DNA of 64,000 bases from Synechococcus sp. (GCA_047285805.1 JBJBCN010000002.1:1184001-1248000), one strand, 5' to 3'. Counted from the first letter of the stretch, positions 32,451-42,015 are shown. Notes: generated from the letters alone by a model not told the origin. Made by a program: numbers and translations.

Positions 32451-32848
32451 TTAGAATCAAGCGAGAACTAGAAGCCGCTGCCGCTATTTTGTCAAGAATA
32501 CCACGCAAGATTCTAATTGCAGTCATTTTGTGTGCTTGCAACTATAGAGTATGCGCCTAATTATTTTGACCAGACATATAGAATCCGCATCTTTAGAAAA
32601 TGTGGCAAGCTACGGATAACGGGTTACACGCAAAGGTGGGTTCAATCCTGGATGCAGAATTGATACCGAAAGCACAAAGAAACATAGATTTTACCTCGAA
32701 ACAATCGAACTCGTCATAAAAGAAGTACAGCGAAATCACCATTGCAAAAATGAATCAGCGATTGGCGGTTAAACACCCTAAAACCGATATTGCTATGAAC
32801 TGAGCTGCGCTAGGAGGTGAGTGATTGGAACGATCTTATATTGAACTC

Positions 32849-32875
32849 TAAAAAAGCCGCCCACTTGGGCGGCTT
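32849..32875 (-). terminator. Intrinsic terminator of the OMP gene
   Basis: AAGCCGCCCA-CT-TGGGCGGCTT hairpin next to an A-run (U-tract on minus strand). Confidence 0.8.
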
Positions 32876-32899
32876 GGCGAACATCTCCTACACCTCTAA

Positions 32900-33664
32900 T
32901 CAGAGGCGAATACGAACCCCTGCACGAGCGCCGTAGGAATACAATGGGGAATAATTAAGCCCATTAATGGAGAACGCTGTAGAACCATTGTAAGTAGCCT
33001 CGACAAATACCTCAGCTTTCTCAGTTGCTGCATATGCAACACCAGCCTTAGCGAGGTAGCCGAATGCTCCAGCATTGCCACCATCTACTTTGACACTTTG
33101 AGAAAATGTGCCAGTTGCTCCTGAGGTCAACGAGGCACTACCGGACTGCGTAGGGACGGATACATTTGTGTAGCCTATTCCTCCACCCACATAGGGAGTA
33201 AACTTGGTCTTGGTTCCAATGTCATAATAAGCACTCGCAAACACACTATTTGTACTGAGAGTTCCGGTACCGGTAATAGTGAAGCCGTACGGAACATCGG
33301 TGTATGTATTGCCAAGGTTGGTGCCACTCTCATGACCGCTACCGGTGATTTCACCGATCATTGGGCCATTAAAAAGATAGGTCAGCTCAGCTCGAATATC
33401 TCCGAAGTCGTACCCAAAACCAGCTTCGCCAGCAAAGCCCACCCCAAGATCAAGTTGAGGGGTAAGGAAACCGGAATAGGTATCTCCGTTGTCGAATACT
33501 CCCGAGTAGGACTTTTCATTATTACCGGTATTATTGGTCCATGAAGCACCAGCTCCTAGCGTCGCGTAGAAACCTTTAGTTCCTTTGGGAGACTCTTGAG
33601 CGAGCACCGGAGAGCTGAGAGCGAAAAGCGTAGCTGCTGCGGCAATCTTTAGAAGGCCCTTCAT
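32900..33664 (-). CDS. Outer-membrane beta-barrel protein (OMP_b-brl/opacity-like)
   Basis: Signal peptide, GFYATLGAG, GYDFGDIRAELTY, FTPYVGGGIG, C-terminal GVRIRL. Confidence 0.85.
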   Translation of the reverse strand: MKGLLKIAAAATLFALSSPVLAQESPKGTKGFYATLGAGASWTNNTGNNEKSYSGVFDNGDTYSGFLTPQLDLGVGFAGEAGFGYDFGDIRAELTYLFNGPMIGEITGSGHESGTNLGNTYTDVPYGFTITGTGTLSTNSVFASAYYDIGTKTKFTPYVGGGIGYTNVSVPTQSGSASLTSGATGTFSQSVKVDGGNAGAFGYLAKAGVAYAATEKAEVFVEATYNGSTAFSINGLNYSPLYSYGARAGVRIRL

Positions 33665-34065
33665 TTGACCAGAGGTTCAATAGGCCTTATTTAAGCACAA
33701 GCGTACCGAATGCAAACCCGTCATATGGCAATATTTCGTCTGACCCAGCTAGCGCAAATCAGCATTTATAATTAATTAAGTGCATTTGAAGCGCAGGCCT
33801 CTGCAACCCTTCAAGTGATATGCGCCTATCAACATTAAAACTCATAGCATTTCGTCCGGCGCTTGGTATGGCTTTTTTGAAGATGCACTACACGCTTATA
33901 GTCTGAGCTTACACGGTTGCTTGGATTGCGTTTCAGGTTTTTCCCGAATTACTACTTGCTGCAGGTGCCATTGAGCTTGATGCATTTTGGAGTTGAAAGG
34001 ATAGTTGGAACCATATCAATCCAACGAAATAATAACCTTCGGAGCCTCAGCTCCCATTGGTTAGT

Positions 34066-34913
34066 TCATGCCTTCTGAGATGTTGTAAGTGTTAGCTCAA
34101 GCTCTAGCTGCTCATACCGAATGATGAGAGTGACTGGTGCACACTTCCACTGGTCTACAAGCTCTGCCATATGGTCAAGCCTGAGTTCGAAGCTACTCAG
34201 CAAATCCATTGATGCCGGATCGTCCTGGATGCTTGCCCAGTCAGTAGCTTGAGCCGTCTTGACCAACTGGCTGACCAGATCCTTGGTTTGATCCTCCTCG
34301 AAGACACTCCCGTTCAACTTGGTTTTACAAGATCGGTTTCCTGAGTTCTCGGCTGGATATTTTGCTTGCAGCTTCTCAAGCTCTCGGACAATTAGCGACT
34401 TCCCTTCAGACAACTCATAACTATTGCTTGCTTCAGTGTGTCCTTCCCAGTTCATCCGAGCGACCTGATAAAGAGCTGACACTTGATAGGACTGCAAGTA
34501 TTTGAATTCATCCTCTTTCCTTACCTCAAATCCCTCTTCCGATTCAAGCCCGTCATTCATTTCGCAACTGATTCTTTTTAATTCACTTTCTAGAAACTCC
34601 CCGGAAGTACTCAGCTTTGAAACTTTAGAGGGCTTAAGACCTATTTCCTGGAGATACACACGCAGTCGCTTCAAGAAGGTCCGGAGTTACCACTTCTCCA
34701 TGCCGACTTGGAAGAAGCTTTTGACCAGAGTCAGCCCTGCTTTTTGTAGCATGATTCTGCATCGTTTGTGTACTGGTAAAGATTATATAGATCTTTGATG
34801 CACTCTTCTCCTGCCCTGCTGACGATCTCGTTAGCAAGATCAGTGAAACGGTGATCATTGCTACCGTCCTCTTGAGTTAGATTGATAGTTGTAGATAGAT
34901 TCATTTTTTCCAC
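34066..34913 (-). pseudogene. Broken hypothetical element gene (ORFs 34731-34913 and 34066-34674 probably one gene)
   Basis: The 202-aa frame continues upstream across one TAA (34687-89) as MLQKAGLTLVKSFFQVGMEKW and overlaps the end of the 60-aa ORF at an A-run. Confidence 0.55.
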
Positions 34914-35304
34914 GTGGATACTTTTTGGTTGCCACCTGCGGGCAACTCATCCTGGCAAATGTCATGGCGCCAAGCTTGAATTAACTAACTGTCTAGTTAG
35001 TTCACCTATATTCGGTTTGGGAAGTGTTGGCGTCGGCTCCGGCCGTAGCACTCACTCCGCAAACACGACTTGCATCGAATGATGGACTTCACCTGAGTTC
35101 ATGGTGCCACCGGTATGTTACTCGCGTCGGGCTAAGGGGGTTGAATAACGGGTACTACTGCACAGTGCCTGAAGCTGTGCTCTACCTGGCATCCAACAAC
35201 GCGAACAACGAACTACTCCAACCTGTTGTGGTTGGCATTTGGAGTTGCCCCTTTCTTTAGAGATGAATCCACTTGTCTAGTTTTACCGCCTTGAAACTGG
35301 CTTG

Positions 35305-35650
35305 ACGCGTTCTTCTCTGTATACGGGGGGTCTTCTTTTCCCTGTATACATGTGCTATAAAATTGTCTGTATAAGGGTACTAATGCTCTTTCTGCTTACA
35401 CATGACGGACTTGTCTTCTTGAATGATTCTGAGATTGGTTTCTTCTGTATACGGGTGCTATCGCTCTCTGTTTTATCGGTGACGAACCTGTCCCCCTCCT
35501 ATACATCCGCCATCACTTCTCCCCGTATAAGCCCGTTATCAATGGTCTCCCTCCCTGTATGAGGGGCGGATCAGTTTTCCCCTATACAACCTTTAGCAGT
35601 CTTCTCGTCTACACCCGTTATTGCCTTTGTCTGTATACACCCGACATCAC
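35305..35650. repeat. Degenerate 25-26-bp periodic array, ~13 units, pyrimidine tract + GTATAC core
   Basis: Core starts at 35319, 35344, 35369, 35394, (35421), 35447, (35473), 35499, 35525, 35557, 35582, 35607, 35633. Confidence 0.8.
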
Positions 35651-35679
35651 CATTCCAAAACAAGTAAGCAAGAAACTCA

Positions 35680-36849
35680 CTACAGAGATCTAACGGCCTC
35701 TACCAACCGCTGCCAAGGAACAGATCCATAGCTTCCAGTAACATTCGATGGCTCGTGGCCAAGCAATTTCCCGATTATTACCTCGTTGAAGCTATACTCT
35801 CTGAATTATGTCGCAGCATGATGCCGCAGCCCATGTGGATTAACACCCTGTAAAGGATTTACAGGGTTTAGACAAGTTATCCCCCAACGTCCATCAGGTC
35901 CTTGTAGACGCGGCTAGACAAAGCCCGTAGAGGATCGAAGCGGGGTGAGTATCTCTTCAAGCTCAGGATGCAGTGGTATTTCTCGATGAGAAGCACTTCT
36001 CTTAAGCAAACGCTCTGGATTAGGACGCACAACAATCCGATCCTCAAGCAAATCCTCGACCCTCAAGCCAGCAATTTCTGATAAGCGAGCCCCTGTGTAA
36101 CAAAGAAGCTTGAGGACTGGGACATAAATGCTTCCGGTCCAGTCTGTGACTGGTTTGACAACATCAAGACGATCTTTCTTGACGACCTTAAGGCGCTTGG
36201 CCAAGCCCCTAAAAATATGCGTTGAATTAGGCTTAACTTCTTCAAGAATCGACCAAAGGACACTCAAATAATTGATTGTGGTCTTGGCTGTATTCGCACT
36301 CACCCGTTCAAGCAAGTAAGTCCGGTAGAAGGCAGCGTGATCTTTGGTGCATAACAGCGGTGAACCAACACCGCAAAATCCCATGAACAGATCTAGCTGC
36401 TTGCACCAGCTATTCCGCGTCCGCCTTGCTGGCTGCTTGAGCTTGGTCGCAACAGCAATCAGATCCTCCGCCGTGTAGACGGGCTCAGGAATCAGCTCAT
36501 GGGTGACGACAGCGACCATCCGCTCTCGTTGGGCCTGACTCAACTGCGGATCAACCCGCGCCCCTTCCAGCAGAAGCTCCTGCACCTCAGGATCGTCGAG
36601 AGCCGCGGTGCAGGGAAGCCAATCGATCTGCTCATCAGGGCTCAGCAGCAACTCCCCACGGGCAATCGCGATCTCTCGATCAGTACTCGCCAGAAAGCCT
36701 GGAAGCCTCGCTCTGGCTTCGTTGAGGGTCTTGCCACCACCTTCCTTCCAAGTGGCCTTACAGACGATCTGACGCACGTCAGATAGCACCGCTCGTTGAA
36801 GGACGTAAGACTGGCGTGCCTTGTAGATGTGGCTGGGAATTTTGGGCAC
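35680..36849 (-). pseudogene. Tyrosine recombinase/integrase with two premature stops
   Basis: YTGARLSEI and HREIPLHP; same frame past TAG 35914-16 gives HGLRH, and past TAA 35806-08 gives LLGH...Y, ending TAG 35680. Confidence 0.9.
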
Positions 36850-38047
36850 CGCTACCAACGCTTCTACCAACGCAAACGCAAGTAGCCTTAGGGATCTTTG
36901 CCCAGCACTAGCCAACAAGACCTACTTCAACTACGGCGGTCAAGGTCCCCTGCCGACACCGTCGCTGGAGGCGATCAACCAGAGCTGGAGAACCATTCAG
37001 AAGCTCGGGCCGTTCACAACCGATGTCTGGCCCTTCATCGAGCAGGAAACAAGCCGCCTGCGCAGAGCCCTTGCGTGCTGGTGCGGGGTTGGCCCCCATC
37101 GAATGACCCTGACGGAGAACGTCACTAGCGGCTGCGTCCTCCCCCTCTGGGGCTTGCCCTGGGAGGCCGGTGATGAGCTCCTCATTAGCGACTGCGAGCA
37201 CCCCGGTGTCGTGGCCGCCTGCCAGGAATTAGCTCGCCGCCACCAGTTGAGCCTGGCCACCCTGCCTGTGCTCGCGCTCTGCCAGACCACGCCGCAGGCA
37301 GAACTGGAGTCCGCTGTGCTGCAGCAGCTCGAGGATTACCAAACCCCGCGGACCCGGCTCGTGGTCCTCTCCCACCTGCTCTGGAACACGGGGGCGGTGA
37401 TGCCGATCCCGGCTATCGCCCATCAGCTCAAGCATCACCCCAAACAACCCTGGCTGCTGGTGGATGCGGCCCAATCCTTGGGCAGCCTTCCCGTCGCCCA
37501 AGCGGCGCAGGCATCCGACATCTACGCCTTCACCGGCCACAAGTGGTGCTGCGGCCCCGAGGGCCTCGGCGGCGTGGCCCTCTCGGAGCGGGTCATCGAC
37601 CAAGGCCAACCGACCCTGATTGGCTGGCGCAGCCTCGAGCAAGAGAGCAGCACCAGCAGCAGCTGGCACCCCGACGGTCGGCGCTTTGAAGTCGCCACCT
37701 CCTGTGTGCCCCTCCTCAGCGGCCTACGTCAATCGCTGGAGCTCTTGGCCGCAGAAGGAAATGACGACGATCGCCTCGAAAGGATTCGTCAGGGCAGTCA
37801 GCAGCTCTGGTATGGGTTGCAATCACTGCCGGGCTGCAGCACCCTGCTGCCGGAAGCTCCGCCCGCCGGATTGATCAGCTTCAAGCTGCAGGGCATTGAG
37901 ACCGCCCAAGCCGTGACGGCCCTCGGTCAAGCAGGGATCTGGATCCGCCGCCTCGATTCCCCGGATTGCCTCCGGGCCTGCACCCACATCTGCACCACCC
38001 CCACTGAAATCGAGGGGTTAATCGGGGCGCTGGCCAAGGTCAGCTAG
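36827..38047 (+). CDS. Class-V PLP aminotransferase (cysteine/cystine lyase-like)
   Basis: [36 protein letters not shown]; start codon ambiguous because of element insertion. Confidence 0.88.
   Translation: MWLGILGTATNASTNANASSLRDLCPALANKTYFNYGGQGPLPTPSLEAINQSWRTIQKLGPFTTDVWPFIEQETSRLRRALACWCGVGPHRMTLTENVTSGCVLPLWGLPWEAGDELLISDCEHPGVVAACQELARRHQLSLATLPVLALCQTTPQAELESAVLQQLEDYQTPRTRLVVLSHLLWNTGAVMPIPAIAHQLKHHPKQPWLLVDAAQSLGSLPVAQAAQASDIYAFTGHKWCCGPEGLGGVALSERVIDQGQPTLIGWRSLEQESSTSSSWHPDGRRFEVATSCVPLLSGLRQSLELLAAEGNDDDRLERIRQGSQQLWYGLQSLPGCSTLLPEAPPAGLISFKLQGIETAQAVTALGQAGIWIRRLDSPDCLRACTHICTTPTEIEGLIGALAKVS
36884..36933 (+). repeat. attR: element-supplied recoded 5' end (SLRDLCPAL...)
   Basis: Homologous to 28994-29042 but with AGC at the ATG position. 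Confidence 0.8.
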
Positions 38048-39573
38048 CAGGGTCGATTGCGCAGGGCCTTCTCGGCCTCCTCGCGGTCATCGAAATGCAC
38101 CTTTGTGGTACCAAGGATTTGATAATCCTCATGGCCCTTGCCCGCAATTAAGACGAGGTCCTTGGGCTGGGCCATCGCAATCGCCTCCGCGATCGCCTGG
38201 GCACGATCGGCGTCGACGCGCAGGGGCGTGCCCTCAGGAATCCCCGCAACCACGTCCTTGAGGATCTGCTCCGGATCCTCAGTGCGTGGGTTATCGGACG
38301 TGACCAGCACCTGATCGGCGAGCCGCGCTGCGATTGCCGCCATCTGGGGGCGCTTGGTGCGGTCACGATCGCCGCCGCAACCAAAGACACAGATCAGTTC
38401 TCCCTCCACAAAGGGCCGGCAAGCCGTCAGGGCACTCTCCAGGCCATCGGGGGTGTGGGCGTAATCCACCAGAACAGCTGGCAAGCCTGAATCGCAGCAT
38501 TCGACGCGAGCCGCTTGCACCCGCTCCATCCGACCCGGCACCCCCTTAAAGCTGCCCATGGCCTCCAACATCGCCCCCAAGGGCAGCCCTTGCTGCAGCA
38601 AAACCCCAACGGCCTCCAGCAGGTTCATCAGATTGAACTTGCCCAGCAACGGCGAGGCAAACGCTCCCTGACCAATCGGGGTGATCAGGGTTCCGCTGAC
38701 CCCCTGGGGGCCCATCTGCAACCTCTCCATCCGCAGCTCCGCGGAGGAGTGTGGCTCCAGGGAGGCCTGCCAGCAACGCTCCCCCAAACGTTCGGCCAAC
38801 CGCTGTCCCCAAGGGTCATCGACGTTGACGACAGCGCGCGCATCCGGTCCCAATAGGGGCGCCTCGAACAACTTGGCCTTAGCCTCGAAATACTCCTCCA
38901 TCGAGGGGTGGTAGTCGAGGTGGTCCTGGGTCAGGTTCGTGAAAATCGCCCCGGCAAAGCAACAACCGCTAATGCGCTGCTGATCGAGCGAATGTGAGCT
39001 CACCTCCATCGCCGCGATCCGCGATCCTGCCTCGGCGGCCATCGCCAGCTGGGCCTGCAGCTCATCGGCAAAGGCCGTGGTGTGCTGCGCCGTCACGCTG
39101 TGGCCGGGCCAGCGGTTGATCAAGGTGCCGAACAGGGCTGCTGGGTAGCCGCACCGGCTGGCCAGGTGCTCCAACAGATAGGTCGTTGTGGTCTTGCCGT
39201 TGGTGCCCGTCACCCCGATCAGAGCCAGTCGCTGACTGGGTTGCTGCCAGAACTCGGCGGCAAGCAAACCAGCCCAGCGGGAGACCGGATCAGAGACCAC
39301 CAAAACCGCATCGCCATCAGCGGGGGGCCGGGCTTCTGCGGCAGCGCGGCCAATCACGGCCAAAGCGGCACCAGCCTGAAGCGCCTCTGACCAATAGGCA
39401 CCGCCATCGACCGTGGCTCCAGGCAAGCCCACAAACACCGTCCGGGCCCCCACCCGGCGAGAGTCACAGCTCACCCCATCCACATCCGCATTCCCCAGTC
39501 CAGGGGGAAACGCCAGCCCGACCTGTCTCAGCAGGGTGTGGAGCCGTTGGGACATGAAGAGGGGTTGCGACAC
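38044..39573 (-). CDS. murE: UDP-N-acetylmuramoyl-tripeptide synthetase
   Basis: [45 protein letters not shown]. Confidence 0.97.
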   Translation of the reverse strand: MSQPLFMSQRLHTLLRQVGLAFPPGLGNADVDGVSCDSRRVGARTVFVGLPGATVDGGAYWSEALQAGAALAVIGRAAAEARPPADGDAVLVVSDPVSRWAGLLAAEFWQQPSQRLALIGVTGTNGKTTTTYLLEHLASRCGYPAALFGTLINRWPGHSVTAQHTTAFADELQAQLAMAAEAGSRIAAMEVSSHSLDQQRISGCCFAGAIFTNLTQDHLDYHPSMEEYFEAKAKLFEAPLLGPDARAVVNVDDPWGQRLAERLGERCWQASLEPHSSAELRMERLQMGPQGVSGTLITPIGQGAFASPLLGKFNLMNLLEAVGVLLQQGLPLGAMLEAMGSFKGVPGRMERVQAARVECCDSGLPAVLVDYAHTPDGLESALTACRPFVEGELICVFGCGGDRDRTKRPQMAAIAARLADQVLVTSDNPRTEDPEQILKDVVAGIPEGTPLRVDADRAQAIAEAIAMAQPKDLVLIAGKGHEDYQILGTTKVHFDDREEAEKALRNRPC

Positions 39574-39659
39574 CGCTGTTTTAAGTCGGTTCTGGGATGA
39601 AAACGTCGCCCCTGAGACCAGTCCCGTGAGCCTCAGCCAAGACAGGCTCCAGAGCGGGA

Positions 39660-39914
39660 CTAATGGACCCCCTGCCGGGTCAGCCAGCCGGCCAACTGCG
39701 ATGCCCCCAACCGAGGCGAGAACCGAGGCAAAACCCTCTCCCCATCTCGGTCGCGGTGAATCAAGACGGGAACTTCCAGGTCAAAACGGGCTAGCAATTG
39801 GGGATCCCGATCAACATCCACTGCTTCAAACGGGACCGCGGCGGAGCGCAACTTCTCCTCCAAGCCCTCGCAAAGGCAACAGCCCGCCCGGGTCACCAAC
39901 ACCAACGTGGCCAT
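39660..39914 (-). CDS. Glutaredoxin-like protein (DUF836)
   Basis: [18 protein letters not shown]. Confidence 0.85.
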   Translation of the reverse strand: MATLVLVTRAGCCLCEGLEEKLRSAAVPFEAVDVDRDPQLLARFDLEVPVLIHRDRDGERVLPRFSPRLGASQLAGWLTRQGVH

Positions 39915-40141
39915 CAATCCGGCACCGGGTCACAACCGCAGGGCGTCCAGGGGTGACAACGCAACAGGCGCTTCAGCGTTAGCCAGCTGCCGCGCCATGG
40001 GCCGTGGCGTTCAATCGCCTCCAGGCCATAGGCGCTGCAACTAGGAATGAAGCGGCAGCGGGGAGGCCCCAGCAGAGGTGAAATCGCCAGGCGGTAAAAG
40101 CCGATTAGGGCCAGCAGCAGGCGTTGAAGCAGGCTGTTCAT
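39914..40141 (-). CDS. yidD: Membrane protein insertion efficiency factor
   Basis: [27 protein letters not shown]. Confidence 0.93.
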   Translation of the reverse strand: MNSLLQRLLLALIGFYRLAISPLLGPPRCRFIPSCSAYGLEAIERHGPWRGSWLTLKRLLRCHPWTPCGCDPVPD

Positions 40142-40272
40142 GTGCGCTTCAGGCCGAGCGATAGGATCGTGAACCTGCGTGGCGTTAAGCCTTGCAGCGG
40201 AGAAAGGTCCCAGGACCACCCCTCCATGCTCTCAGGCAAGCCATGTCTGAATCAACCTGAACATCAGTTCCT

Positions 40273-40881
40273 ATGTCTCGCTACCGCGGCCCTCGCCTGA
40301 GGATTACGCGGCGCTTGGGAGACCTTCCTGGTCTCACCCGTAAGTCCGCCAAGCGGTCTTATCCCCCCGGTCAGCACGGCCAAGCCCGTCGCAAGCGCTC
40401 CGAATACGCCATCCGACTCGAAGAGAAGCAGAAGCTTCGCTTCAACTACGGCATTTCCGAACGTCAGCTAGTTCGCTACGTCAAAAAGGCCCGTGCCCAA
40501 GATGGCTCCACGGGTACCAACCTGCTGAAACTGCTCGAGAACCGTCTCGACAACGTTTGCTTCCGCCTCGGCTTCGGCCCCACCGTCCCCGGTGCCCGTC
40601 AGCTGGTAAACCATGGCCACGTGACCGTGAACGGCCGCGTCGTGGACATCGCGAGCTACCAGTGCAAGGCTGGCGACGTTGTTGCGATCCGTGAGCGCAA
40701 GCAGAGCAAGAAGATGGCTGAAGGCAACCTGGAATTCCCTGGCCTCGCCAACATCCCCCCTCACCTCGAGCTCGACAAGAACAAGCTCACCGCCAAGGTA
40801 GGCGGTAAGTGCGAGCGCGAGTGGGTCGCTCTCGAAATCAACGAACTGCTGGTGGTGGAGTACTACTCCCGCAAAGTCTGA
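40273..40881 (+). CDS. rpsD: 30S ribosomal protein S4
   Basis: [34 protein letters not shown]. Confidence 0.99.
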   Translation: MSRYRGPRLRITRRLGDLPGLTRKSAKRSYPPGQHGQARRKRSEYAIRLEEKQKLRFNYGISERQLVRYVKKARAQDGSTGTNLLKLLENRLDNVCFRLGFGPTVPGARQLVNHGHVTVNGRVVDIASYQCKAGDVVAIRERKQSKKMAEGNLEFPGLANIPPHLELDKNKLTAKVGGKCEREWVALEINELLVVEYYSRKV

Positions 40882-40938
40882 CTTTCAGACCTGGCAAGAG
40901 ATCTGGACAGTTTTCTGGATCTCATTAAAACTTCACTC

Positions 40939-40983
40939 AAACCCTTGCTACCGTTTTTTTCTGGCGGTCAGCAAGGGTTTTTT
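40939..40983 (+). terminator. Element-supplied terminator-like hairpin after rpsD
   Basis: AAACCCTTGCT...AGCAAGGGTTT followed by T-run. Confidence 0.6.
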
Positions 40984-40984
40984 C

Positions 40985-41143
40985 ATGCCTGCCATTGCGC
41001 AGAAAGCCAAGGCCCTAAGCGGGAAAGGCGTGGTCCTGTCCTATGTGGACAAACCCGAGCACTTCTACTGGCGTGAACAGGTGCCAGGTGCCAGGTACCA
41101 AGCAGTGCCGACATCGACTACTGCCGAACGCCACCACAATTGA
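40985..41143 (+). pseudogene. Probable integrase N-terminal remnant (internally deleted)
   Basis: MPAIAQKAKALSGKGVVLSYVDKPEHFYWREQVPG directly inside attL; no catalytic domain; tandem CAGGTGC repeat at the presumed break. Confidence 0.45.
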
Positions 41144-41562
41144 AGAAGCACTGGCTGAATGCTTTGTTCCCATCTGGGGGTATCGCCTCAGATCAGGTCA
41201 GTCGAAAGTATTCAGGTGACCGATGGTCACTCTTCGACACTCCAGTCCCTTTCAGTGGTGCAACAGCTGAAAGGGATTTTTTGCAGTCAGGTTTGAGCAA
41301 GAAAAAACCCCTAAGTGTTCGACCTCAGGGGTTCGCGGTCCTGTCCCTTGACCTCATCAGGTCTATTCGGGGTCTTGTATCCACACGAGTAGGACAACCG
41401 TCGCTGAGGGTTCGGTCAAGGACGCTCACCCCAGGAAACCGCCCATTGAGAAGGGCGGCACTCACGCCGCCCTAGGCACCTGACCCCTCTGAACAGCAGG
41501 TGGGTCTGTTGGTGTCTGAACCCTTGATAGGTCGCACAGCAGGCAAACGACACCAGCAAAAA

Positions 41563-41655
41563 CACCTGTTCAGGAGGAGGGGATCCCTGCACCCAGTGCC
41601 AGCACCTCACTGAAGAGATCCTCCGCCATCAGGTTGATCCCTGATGAAGGTGGAG
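41563..41655 (-). pseudogene. Degenerate copy of the 3' half of the Cys-rich gene at 42128-42307
   Basis: LHQGST*WRRISSVRCWHWVQGS vs LHEGSIPKQRISSVKCWNWEQGS. Confidence 0.75.
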
Positions 41656-41674
41656 CCTGCTTATTGCGTCACTC

Positions 41675-41932
41675 TCAGTTCAAGTCTTGGGTCATCACCT
41701 GAAACTCAGACCTGGGAAGCATCATCACGGTGACGCTGACACTCTTCGCCCTGGTGCTCTTCAAATTTGGGAAGTAATCGTTGATGAACCAATCGCGGAG
41801 GCAATCCTGGAGAGCCTCGCTCAATCCATCCTGGAAACGGAACTCACCCTTGATGTAGTCAAAGTGAATGCTTCCTAGACCCCTGTCGTTCAGAAGATTC
41901 GATAACCTCACCCTCGAGGAATAGACGATCAC
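41675..41932 (-). CDS. Hypothetical protein
   Basis: 85-aa ORF. Confidence 0.5.
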   Translation of the reverse strand: MIVYSSRVRLSNLLNDRGLGSIHFDYIKGEFRFQDGLSEALQDCLRDWFINDYFPNLKSTRAKSVSVTVMMLPRSEFQVMTQDLN

Positions 41933-42015
41933 TTAAGGCGAATTGATTTTGTTGAATCTAGGGTGGTCATGCTTAAGACCATGACCACATCCCGTTAAGA
42001 GAAAGCGAAGAACAT

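Larger units (their letters stand above)
28994..36933. mobile_element. Decayed integrative element 1, inserted in the 5' end of the class-V aminotransferase gene
   Basis: Imperfect duplication of the gene start (28994-29042 vs 36884-36933), adjacent tyrosine integrase pseudogene, shared 13-mer near both ends, AT-richer interior. Confidence 0.85.

Noticed and set aside
35302..35562. 86-aa ORF over the array
   Set aside because: TTG start, low-complexity translation, and the underlying period is not a multiple of 3.
35305..35650. CRISPR array interpretation of the periodic repeats
   Set aside because: The total period is only 25-26 bp, with no conserved 23-47-bp repeat plus unique spacer and no cas genes in the window.
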